Virus record (IMG/VR): IMGVR_UViG_3300009376_000004
DNA from: an uncultured virus (IMG/VR IMGVR_UViG_3300009376_000004)
Lineage: Duplodnaviria > Heunggongvirae > Uroviricota > Caudoviricetes
DNA length: 64,000 bases
Direction: 5' to 3' (one strand)
Below are positions 46,862 through 55,649 of this stretch, piece after piece. Position 1 is the first letter of the stretch. Each line of letters begins with the position of its first letter. Position numbers and translations under genes: made by a program. The notes beneath the pieces are model-generated. The model ran no database searches. It was not told the DNA's origin and saw only the letters and a program-made list of their open reading frames with translations.

Positions 46862-47628
46862 TGGTAAAAATGCACTTCGTAACCAGTGGAGGTTATTGGG
46901 ATATATACAAAAAAATGAATATTCAAACATACCTAGTTTCATATTGGTATGATAAGAATGTTAGATTAATAAAAAAAATTCGAGATTCATTTCCAAAGGC
47001 ACATATAATTTTAGATTCAGGAGCTTATTCTGCAAGATATTTGGGTGCAGAAGTAAAGGTTGATGATTATATTAAATATTGTAAAAAACATAGACATCTT
47101 GTCGATAAAATTGTATCATTAGATGTGATGGATCCAGAACATGATCCTATGGCTACTGAAAGTATTTCAAATTATGATAAAATGCGAGATGCTGGTCTAG
47201 ACGTAATGCCAGTATTTCATAAAGGTGAAGATAAATCAATTATGAAAGAATATCTGAAAACAGCAAAGATGATAGGTCTAGGTGCAAATTCTATTCGAGA
47301 TAAAAGGGTATATCACAACTATCTAACTGATATTCTAAAAATGATACCTAATAATATTTATGTTCATTTATTCGGTGTTATGTTTATGGAATTAATGCTG
47401 AAATATAATGAGAAATTATCTTCATGTGATTCTACTAGCGTAATTAGACAATCTGCGTTTAATACAACAGTTTCATATACGGGAATTGGAAAAGCTTGCA
47501 TTGGAGGAACATCTAGAATATCACCAAAGGAAGCTTTAAAACTACATGAATATACATTATATAGGTATGTGCAGTTGCAAGAACAATTAGATGAGGTAAT
47601 GATAAAAAATGGTAGAGTTCAACACTGA
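46861..47628 (+). CDS. TGT-fold protein, probable DNA 7-deazaguanine transglycosylase (DpdA-like)
   Basis: ILDSGAYS, SLDV, PVFH.G, VHLFG and SCDST; follows queC. Confidence 0.7.
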   Translation: MVKMHFVTSGGYWDIYKKMNIQTYLVSYWYDKNVRLIKKIRDSFPKAHIILDSGAYSARYLGAEVKVDDYIKYCKKHRHLVDKIVSLDVMDPEHDPMATESISNYDKMRDAGLDVMPVFHKGEDKSIMKEYLKTAKMIGLGANSIRDKRVYHNYLTDILKMIPNNIYVHLFGVMFMELMLKYNEKLSSCDSTSVIRQSAFNTTVSYTGIGKACIGGTSRISPKEALKLHEYTLYRYVQLQEQLDEVMIKNGRVQH

Positions 47629-48481
47629 AATTAAATGGTTTGATATTTCGGAAGTAAAGCCGAATGACTATAATCCGAATTATATGCCATCGGATATTTT
47701 TGAATCGCTGAAAGATAATATCAAGAAGAATAAATTTTATGGTGCTATCATAATAAGAAAAGATAAGACCATAATTGATGGAGAGCATAGATATTTGGCA
47801 TTGAAAGCTTTAGGTTTTAAAAAAATACCATGCCTTATTGCAGGAGATGATATAGATGATGTAAAGGCAAAATTATTAACAATACGAATGAATCGAGAAC
47901 GTGGTTATCTCTTACCAGTAGAAACAGGTAAGGTATTGACAGATGTAGCAAATACAGTTCCACAAGATATTCTATCAAAGGCATCAGGAATACCAGAGCA
48001 AGAAATAGGGGTTTTAATGAATGTGGGATTTGATCCAAACTTATCACAATTAACACCAGAAATAAAAAATGTAAAATCATGGGGAGAAATTGAAAATATC
48101 ATGCAGAAATTGGAAGCAAAGTTAAAGGAGATTAATACTGATAAAATTTATACGAAAAGTAGAGGGGGTCTTGTTCCAGCAAGATTGATTGCAGATAGAT
48201 TGAACATCAATGAAATTATTATAGATCCAAAAAAAATTCCCAAAGGTTCTATTTTTATTGATGACATTTATGATATAGGTAAAACGTATAAAGAGATAAT
48301 GAAGTTAGGTGAAGATATAACATTTATTACATTATTTCTTAGAAAGAAAACAAAAGCACCAAAAAATCTAATTTATGCAATAGAAACAGAAGGAGATGAA
48401 TATATCGTCTTTCCGTGGGATAGGTATGAATACAAGCGTGAAACGCAAGTCGCAAAGACAAAACACATGGAATCGACTTAA
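47609..48481 (+). CDS. ParB/Srx N-terminal domain fused to a purine phosphoribosyltransferase domain
   Basis: PNDYNPN..IIDGEHRY (ParB); SRGGLVPA, IDDIYDIGKT and YIVFPWD (Gpt-like PRTase). Confidence 0.8.
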   Translation: MVEFNTEIKWFDISEVKPNDYNPNYMPSDIFESLKDNIKKNKFYGAIIIRKDKTIIDGEHRYLALKALGFKKIPCLIAGDDIDDVKAKLLTIRMNRERGYLLPVETGKVLTDVANTVPQDILSKASGIPEQEIGVLMNVGFDPNLSQLTPEIKNVKSWGEIENIMQKLEAKLKEINTDKIYTKSRGGLVPARLIADRLNINEIIIDPKKIPKGSIFIDDIYDIGKTYKEIMKLGEDITFITLFLRKKTKAPKNLIYAIETEGDEYIVFPWDRYEYKRETQVAKTKHMEST

Positions 48482-48508
48482 ATACGATGAATGTCGAATT
48501 GTATTACA

Positions 48509-49072
48509 ATGTCGGTAGAATCTAAACCGAAGGTAGGAAGACCTACTCTACAAGAAGAAGTAGCAATCAAAAGCCAATTAAAGTTCTACTTCGAGAATGG
48601 AGTGGGGGTAGAGGCAACAGCATCAACAACAGGACGTTCTACTGCTACTGTTTCAAAATACTTTCGCATATGGTCAGATGAGTTAAAAGAAGCTATGGTA
48701 AAAGATTTTGCTGATGAACAGCATGAATCAAAACGTAGAGCAATAGCAGGTATAGATAAACAAATACTTCAATTATACACTATTCAAGAACAGATAAATC
48801 AAAGAATACAAAAAATGGCGACGAATGAGGACGATAAAACAGTAGATTATGGTAGAGTTCCAGATTCTAAAATGCACTTTGGAATTAGAGATTCATTGGC
48901 ACATGGTATAGCAAGTCTTATTGATAAACGTGCTTCAATAGAGATGACAATGACAGTAAAGGATTCATTAGATAAGATGGTAAAAGAAGTTATGATTAAG
49001 AATAACTTAGTGGATGATTATTATGCCAAGTTGGGTAGAGAGGAAACTAAAGAGCTCACAGACAGCGGTTGA
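48509..49072 (+). CDS. terS: Terminase small subunit (probable)
   Basis: GRPT, N-terminal HTH (TATVSKY) and coiled coil, directly upstream of TerL. Start moved to 48509 on TATA spacing. Confidence 0.6.
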   Translation: MSVESKPKVGRPTLQEEVAIKSQLKFYFENGVGVEATASTTGRSTATVSKYFRIWSDELKEAMVKDFADEQHESKRRAIAGIDKQILQLYTIQEQINQRIQKMATNEDDKTVDYGRVPDSKMHFGIRDSLAHGIASLIDKRASIEMTMTVKDSLDKMVKEVMIKNNLVDDYYAKLGREETKELTDSG

Positions 49073-50834
49073 AAGAGCTTGGTTAGATGGTGTTGAAAAA
49101 TACAACATTCTTTCAAAGTCCTTACCAAAGTTATCTGCGAATAGATTAGATTGGATTGAACAGGCAAGACCTGTTGTAGATGGAAGACCTAGAAATTTTC
49201 TCGCATCACCAATGTGGGAAGATGTCTATCTAGACAATCATGGATTTATGATGATACTTGCAGGAAGACAGGTCTATAAATCAACATATTGCACAGATGA
49301 ATTATCTTGTATGGCTACTTCAAAGGCAGGTGTCCAAGCCTGTTATGTAACACATAGTATGTCATCTTTGACAACCTTTTCCACGCAGAGATTAAGGGTG
49401 GGAACATTCCTACAAAATGCGATATTAGCACAATTCCCTCGTAGAGATATTGGAAGTGTTGGAGAAATATCAATGAAGAACAACTCTACCATTTACATGA
49501 CAACTGATAACCATGAATATAGAAAGGTAGAGGGAAAATCACTAGACCTTACAATGTTAGACGAGGCACAGTATCATGCGATTGAACATTTGCCGAGAGT
49601 TAGAGAAGCCATGACATCTACAAAAGGAAAATTAAAAATATTGGGAATTGGTGGAGAGGCAGGTTCAGCTTATGAAAGATTATGGTCAGAAACTGACCAA
49701 AGGGAATGGGTTTATGATGATCCTTTATGGAGAGAGAAATTACAGTTTGATGAAAAGGGTTTGGTTATAGGAGAATATATGAAAAATGCGTTAAAGGGTA
49801 AATGGATTCCTCAAAAACCAGAAAATTATTTACATCATGGTTACCATATGCCACAAACAATATTTGCGATGATTCCAGTAACAATAGATGATGCCATAGA
49901 AAAATATCATGTAGATCCTGAATATTCATTAGAATGGAAAGAAAGACATTATAGTAATGCAGTTTGGAATATGCACGTTCTTGGATCATTCTACAAGGCA
50001 CAAAGACGACCTGTTACAAGGGAAATGGTATTTGCCTGTATGACACCTTACAGAAATATTGCACTAAATACACCAGAAGAAATAGCAGAATTAAAAGACA
50101 TATTTGGTAATCAAATAAGAGTTTCACTTGGCGTAGATTTTGGAAGTGGTCCATCTAACTCATTGACGGTTATATCAATAATGATACATTGGAAAAAATC
50201 TGATAGATATCATTTAGCATTTATTGAAAGACGACCAGCTGAACATCAACTAGATCAAGCCAAATACATAACGGAAGTATTCAAAAGAGCAAAATGTGAC
50301 ATAGGAGTAGGCGATTTGGGTTATGGACAGATACAGGTAAAGGTAATTCAAGATGGTGGTGCTGATAGAACAACAGGGGAAGTTTTTTCAGGCGTTGGCA
50401 ATACAATGTTTATCGGTTGTAAATCAATAGGTAATGAAACAAAACCTGTAATGAAATATGACATAAAGGTGGATGAACATGGAGAAGAAGCAGGAAGATT
50501 TACGATAGATAAGGCTACTGCTATACAAGGATTTATTGATCTATTAGAGGTCTATCGCAAACACCCAAAATATTCATCAGGTAAAAATCAGGTTCCAAAA
50601 CTTATGATTCCATATCATAAAGATAAGGAATGGGAAACAGATTGGTTAGTTAATGATTTTACAGATATTACTAGAAAGGATTTGGTGGAGGCATCTGAAG
50701 AAGCAGATCATCTAGTAGATAGACGACAAAGGGCAAGAAAAGAATTTAATCATCCAAAAGATAGCACAATGTCAGTTATATATGCAAAATTAGGAATTGA
50801 ACAAGAACGTGAATGGTCTTGGGTTAGTGCATAA
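49023..50834 (+). CDS. terL: Terminase large subunit (GpA-like ATPase plus RNase H nuclease)
   Basis: AGRQVYKST Walker A variant, MLDEAQ Walker B, LGVDFG nuclease Asp and HPKD..MS.IYA. Confidence 0.85.
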   Translation: MPSWVERKLKSSQTAVERAWLDGVEKYNILSKSLPKLSANRLDWIEQARPVVDGRPRNFLASPMWEDVYLDNHGFMMILAGRQVYKSTYCTDELSCMATSKAGVQACYVTHSMSSLTTFSTQRLRVGTFLQNAILAQFPRRDIGSVGEISMKNNSTIYMTTDNHEYRKVEGKSLDLTMLDEAQYHAIEHLPRVREAMTSTKGKLKILGIGGEAGSAYERLWSETDQREWVYDDPLWREKLQFDEKGLVIGEYMKNALKGKWIPQKPENYLHHGYHMPQTIFAMIPVTIDDAIEKYHVDPEYSLEWKERHYSNAVWNMHVLGSFYKAQRRPVTREMVFACMTPYRNIALNTPEEIAELKDIFGNQIRVSLGVDFGSGPSNSLTVISIMIHWKKSDRYHLAFIERRPAEHQLDQAKYITEVFKRAKCDIGVGDLGYGQIQVKVIQDGGADRTTGEVFSGVGNTMFIGCKSIGNETKPVMKYDIKVDEHGEEAGRFTIDKATAIQGFIDLLEVYRKHPKYSSGKNQVPKLMIPYHKDKEWETDWLVNDFTDITRKDLVEASEEADHLVDRRQRARKEFNHPKDSTMSVIYAKLGIEQEREWSWVSA

Positions 50835-50869
50835 GATATGATTAATAATACGTTAGATATCATATTAGT

Positions 50870-51271
50870 ATGAATGTAGCTATTTTAGGAGTTAGGGGAT
50901 CCAAAATGAACGATTATGAATGTCAAAAGGCACAGCAAAAAATCATTGAGATATCTAAGGCATATGATAATCTGAAACTGATGACGATGAAAAGTCCTAA
51001 CGGTGGGATAAACACATTGGTCGAGATTTATGCTAATACGATGGATATTCCTTTAGAGATATTAGATTATGGTGATAATATGGACACTTGGAGGAAGAAT
51101 TGTGTGAGAATAGCCGATAGGTGTGATCACTTTCATTGTATAACCACTTTACCAAAAGGAAAAAAATCATGCCATCACTGTCTAGATTATACCCATGAGA
51201 ATACAGGTGGTTGTAATGTAATGAAGTGGGCGAAGTCATTTGGAAAGCCTACTGATCTAACTATACTTTAA
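50870..51271 (+). CDS. SLOG/YspA-like Rossmannoid protein
   Basis: VAILGVR, GGINTLVEIYA, RIADRCD and GG...AK..GKP. Confidence 0.5.
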   Translation: MNVAILGVRGSKMNDYECQKAQQKIIEISKAYDNLKLMTMKSPNGGINTLVEIYANTMDIPLEILDYGDNMDTWRKNCVRIADRCDHFHCITTLPKGKKSCHHCLDYTHENTGGCNVMKWAKSFGKPTDLTIL

Positions 51272-51304
51272 ATACTTATAACTGATTTTTTACTTTAAAT
51301 AGGC

Positions 51305-51763
51305 ATGACAATAAGCCCAGCAGATGAGTTTTACGGAGGAATCCTAAACGGATTAGGTGAGTTTAACTCAACCCAATTTAAGACTTCAATCAGTGAAAGT
51401 TGGAATGGAAAATCTAATAGTCAGCGATATACAATAGCAAAAGAATCGGGACTATCTGATAATGATGCTAGGGCAATTCACAGACAATCTTTTGAGAATA
51501 TTAGTGGTTTTCTAAGGGAAAAAATAGAACAGTTTGCGTTGTTTGAATCTTTTAAAAATACAAGTATGACCGATGTTAATTCGGACTTTAAGAAAGGAGT
51601 AAAAAATAGTGCAGATGTTTATGATCCAAATGCAGATAGAAAAGATGGAAAGCGAAGTTCTATTGATTCTATTCCAACAGCAGATGACGATGAAAATTAT
51701 AATAAATTAATTGGCTATAATCCAAAACCAAACGCCATGTTCTCAACAGATAGTGAAGATTAA
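51305..51763 (+). CDS. Acidic protein with one WNxxSxxQR helical module
   Basis: First gene of the second polyprotein operon; TATA-like CTTATAA 30 nt upstream. Confidence 0.6.
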   Translation: MTISPADEFYGGILNGLGEFNSTQFKTSISESWNGKSNSQRYTIAKESGLSDNDARAIHRQSFENISGFLREKIEQFALFESFKNTSMTDVNSDFKKGVKNSADVYDPNADRKDGKRSSIDSIPTADDDENYNKLIGYNPKPNAMFSTDSED

Positions 51764-53346
51764 TGACTACGATCTGGACTAATAATAAATCAAAAGCAAT
51801 AGAGGCTTATAGTGATCCTGAATGTAATGTTTGTGGTGCTGTAATTCATAACTCATTTGAACAGAATGATGATAGAGAAGCAATAGAAAATGCAATTTAT
51901 CAACATTATACAAATAATCATTCCGATGAAAGCAATCTTTCACAACTTATAGAACAACAAATCTATGACCAATTTGCAAAAACAAAGCGTACTCTCTACC
52001 ATAAATCACAATTTACAAAAAGAGGAGAAATGCTTGTTGATATTGCTAGAGGTGGAAACTCTGATGGAATGAAAATAGCAGGAGTGGCAGATTTGTTAGA
52101 AGAAATAGATCCAGATGTTATTGGAAATACACCTGATGCTAATAGATTAGCAAAAGCAATAGAAGATACTACTATTAATCCAGAAGAAACAGCAGTTGAT
52201 CGTGCAGGTCAGTTAATGCGAGATCAGAAAGCAACATCAAATTTTTGGGAAGATTCACAAAAGTCTAAAGTTCCACAGGGACAAGGACATAAGTGGCAAA
52301 GACATGGAGAAGCAGATTTTCCAGCTAATAGATATGGTGAGATAAAAAATGAGGATGACATTCAACAACTATTTGAAGATTGGAAGGAACACGTTATTGA
52401 TGTTAATGATAAGTTTTCATGGATAGACTTTGCAGATGGTGATGGTTATACAGAAGAACAAGCTGAAAAATTGTGGAATAATGTTCAAAAGTTTGGTTTT
52501 GGAGAAGGAAGATGGTCAGGTGCAACTGATGACGAATTACAAGATGCACTGACGATGCCAAGCACACTTGATTATAAAAGACGAATAGATGATAGACCAA
52601 AGGATTCCCATATTACTGTTGATCTTTCAGATAAAAAATCACATGACCAATTAGACGATGAATTTTGGAAAGGTATTAGAGAAAGTAAAGCAAGTGAAGT
52701 AAAAGAAGAATTTAGTGAAGATGCTTATTTATCATTAATTAATGATTCATATGAAGTTCCAATGGAATTTCATGGCAGATTTTATAATAGTGCAGAAGAA
52801 TGGAAAGACCATGATCCTATTGCATTTAGGGAAGATTACCTTAATTGGATTGATGGTAATGAGAAAGATGGAATTGATACAGGACATGATGATTACCATA
52901 ACCAATCATCATCAGATGATCAATTTAAAGGGCAAAGTACAGAGGACTTTGATTCTTATAATTTAGGTAATCCAAAAGATGACTTGGAAAAACCAACGAG
53001 TGCCGATCAAAGAATTGCCGATACACAGGAATCAGGTCAAGTAGATACAGATCCTCATTGGAAATCAGGTAGGTTCCGAAGAGGAGGTAGTTGGGCAGAT
53101 AAAAAAGAAGAATGGCAAAAATCACAAGGAGAAGCAAAAGAAGTCATAGATGACACCGAGAAAGATGAAATTTTCCAATATCTATTTGAATTACAATCTA
53201 GTGGAAAAACAAATATGTTCGGATCTATTCCGTGGGTTCAAGGAGAATTTCCTCACTTGGATGTGAAAGAAGTTAAGGCAGTAGTTATGGAATGGATGCA
53301 GAATTATCAAGAAATACACGATAGAATGGGAATTGACTTTATATGA
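51763..53346 (+). CDS. Acidic modular polyprotein (C2H2, helical modules, C-terminal SGKTNMFG domain)
   Basis: KSKAIE, LAKAIE and ESKASE motifs; shares segments with the 6734 and 11874 ORFs. Confidence 0.7.
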   Translation: MTTIWTNNKSKAIEAYSDPECNVCGAVIHNSFEQNDDREAIENAIYQHYTNNHSDESNLSQLIEQQIYDQFAKTKRTLYHKSQFTKRGEMLVDIARGGNSDGMKIAGVADLLEEIDPDVIGNTPDANRLAKAIEDTTINPEETAVDRAGQLMRDQKATSNFWEDSQKSKVPQGQGHKWQRHGEADFPANRYGEIKNEDDIQQLFEDWKEHVIDVNDKFSWIDFADGDGYTEEQAEKLWNNVQKFGFGEGRWSGATDDELQDALTMPSTLDYKRRIDDRPKDSHITVDLSDKKSHDQLDDEFWKGIRESKASEVKEEFSEDAYLSLINDSYEVPMEFHGRFYNSAEEWKDHDPIAFREDYLNWIDGNEKDGIDTGHDDYHNQSSSDDQFKGQSTEDFDSYNLGNPKDDLEKPTSADQRIADTQESGQVDTDPHWKSGRFRRGGSWADKKEEWQKSQGEAKEVIDDTEKDEIFQYLFELQSSGKTNMFGSIPWVQGEFPHLDVKEVKAVVMEWMQNYQEIHDRMGIDFI

Positions 53347-55649
53347 CCACTATCTGGTCAAACGATGATTACGGTAAAGAATATACTCCTAAAGTAAAAG
53401 CAAATGAAGTAATGGATGCTGAAGTAGAAACATGGTATAATTCATTATCTTCACATGACCAAGATAAACTTATGAAAGATTATACAGGAACTGCTGGACA
53501 AGATGGAAAAATGCATTATTCAGATGCAAAAAGTGAATTTAGTGAATTAGACGTAGATGCACAACATCACATTCATGATGTATTCCATAATAGACTTCAA
53601 GTTAATCAGGGTGCATCACAAAAAGATGATTGGGGTTATACATTAGATGATAGGTGGTGGGGAGAATCCAGAGGAGATGTATTCAAATGTCCAAGATGTT
53701 CTTTCAAAACATCTGACGATGATAAATGGCAACATCACATGGAAGAGCATGATGAAGCCGATATCCTGTATAAAGAAGCAGAATTAGAGTTTGCAAATTA
53801 TACAGATAAGGATTATGAAAGATTAGGACTTAAATGGAATGATGATCATAGTGAGTTAGTCAATCTTGATGGATCACAACCTAAGAATCCGATGCATGAA
53901 GTTCATGGATCAAGTGTAAATGGATATGATGCTAAAGAGTTTAAGAATTTTTGTTTAGCTTGTGCAGGTAGAGGATTCATGTTCCCAACAGGAATGAGAT
54001 GTCCTAATTGTAAAGGCACAGGAATTTATGATAGTGAAAGAGAGTATGAGGATCCAAAACCATCTGTTTCAAGAGCACCTGATGATAAACCATATTCACC
54101 ATTATCAGATCAAGAACCTAGAACAGCAAGTGGAAATAGATTATACGAGGCGGTATGTGAAGATTGTATGGGATCTGGAACAAAATCAGTTTATAATAAA
54201 CATAGAGTTCGTGCAGGGGATGATGGATCATTCAGGGCAGGACATTTTAAAGCAGATTATCAATTTCCTTGTAAAAAATGTGCAGGTGGTGGCTATGTTA
54301 AAAAAGAAGATCAACCAACAAATATTTTAGATACTGAACCAGAATGGCGTATTGCAAACAAACGTCATTCCGATGTTAAAGAAGGTAGACCAAAAGATAA
54401 AAGACAAACACAAATTTTCAATGCACCACCAGAAAACTTAGCAAGAATAGGAAATCTAAAACAAGAGGGCGATCCTGATTGGACAACTACACCTGATCCA
54501 TCTGGACACACTTGGAATGAATTTGGTCAGAAAGAAAAAACATCTCGCAGTAATTACACACAATATCACGATAGACCAAGAGCAAAGGCAGAACAAGATG
54601 CCAATAGAGGAGATATAGAACATGATTCACTTGAAGATCCGTTGTCATGGTATAGCAGTGAGGATATTATGCCATTATCAGAATTAAAAGAAGCATCAAC
54701 TGAAATACAAGATATTTATCCAACAGATCCAGTAGGAGATGACCTTAGAGATAATCCAAATCTTAGTGATTATCATTATAATATGGATGCTAGTCAAATG
54801 TATGACCTATATGTAGATACAATGAAAAAACATCTTGGAGATTATACAAGAAATGCAACGCCAGAAAAACTGCAACGAGCAAAAGAATTGTTAGATGGAT
54901 GGTCACAGAATACAATGATTTTCGATATGCCAAATTCTAAGAGAAATTCGCCAGAAGGTATAAAGGAATTTACACACGCCAAACATTTCGTACAAATGTG
55001 GTTAGATAGTTGGATTCAGACTGTAAGTGGCACAATGCCAGATCCATCATGGGAATCAAAAGCAAGTGAAGCTTCGGTAGAAGAAATTGTGGATATATTA
55101 GATGAGGAAAATGCTAGATGGCAAAGAGGAGTTGATACAGCACCATTTGTTGCTTATGATTTTTTATTTGCTAATATGAGAATAGATAGACAGTCAGCAG
55201 TTCAAGCTGTAATACAATGGTGGGCGTTAAGACAAAATGAAATAATTACAGAGGATGACATATTTCAAGGATTTGATGATCCAGATGAACTTGATTATCA
55301 AGCTGGGGGAGATTCGGCAACAGGTCTTGGAGAAACAGTTAGACAAATGACAGGGCATACAGGAGAAGCTCACAAACATGAATGGGTTTCAGGAACACCA
55401 GCTGGTTCAATAGCGACAGATAAGGATGACGATTGGTGTGAGATATGTGGAGTATCGAGAGATGAAGTTGATGAAGTAAAATATGGTGATGATGTAAGAA
55501 CATATCTTGAAAAATTAAAAGATTCTGATAAAAAAGAAGATAAGAAAGAAAGTGAGGAAGATTTATCAATAGACCTTAAACCTAAAACCGAAGATGATAT
55601 TAGTCATGCTAACAAAGACCATTTACTTTTGGAACAGTTTAGGGGATAA
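53343..55649 (+). CDS. Acidic modular polyprotein (C2H2, DnaJ-type CxxCxGxG fingers)
   Basis: KVKANE and ESKASE; same MTTIW N-terminus as the upstream gene. Confidence 0.7.
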   Translation: MTTIWSNDDYGKEYTPKVKANEVMDAEVETWYNSLSSHDQDKLMKDYTGTAGQDGKMHYSDAKSEFSELDVDAQHHIHDVFHNRLQVNQGASQKDDWGYTLDDRWWGESRGDVFKCPRCSFKTSDDDKWQHHMEEHDEADILYKEAELEFANYTDKDYERLGLKWNDDHSELVNLDGSQPKNPMHEVHGSSVNGYDAKEFKNFCLACAGRGFMFPTGMRCPNCKGTGIYDSEREYEDPKPSVSRAPDDKPYSPLSDQEPRTASGNRLYEAVCEDCMGSGTKSVYNKHRVRAGDDGSFRAGHFKADYQFPCKKCAGGGYVKKEDQPTNILDTEPEWRIANKRHSDVKEGRPKDKRQTQIFNAPPENLARIGNLKQEGDPDWTTTPDPSGHTWNEFGQKEKTSRSNYTQYHDRPRAKAEQDANRGDIEHDSLEDPLSWYSSEDIMPLSELKEASTEIQDIYPTDPVGDDLRDNPNLSDYHYNMDASQMYDLYVDTMKKHLGDYTRNATPEKLQRAKELLDGWSQNTMIFDMPNSKRNSPEGIKEFTHAKHFVQMWLDSWIQTVSGTMPDPSWESKASEASVEEIVDILDEENARWQRGVDTAPFVAYDFLFANMRIDRQSAVQAVIQWWALRQNEIITEDDIFQGFDDPDELDYQAGGDSATGLGETVRQMTGHTGEAHKHEWVSGTPAGSIATDKDDDWCEICGVSRDEVDEVKYGDDVRTYLEKLKDSDKKEDKKESEEDLSIDLKPKTEDDISHANKDHLLLEQFRG

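Noticed and set aside
7949..52110. Diversity-generating retroelement template/variable repeat pair
   Set aside because: The match is only 36 nt, and no reverse transcriptase or C-terminal variable region is visible.
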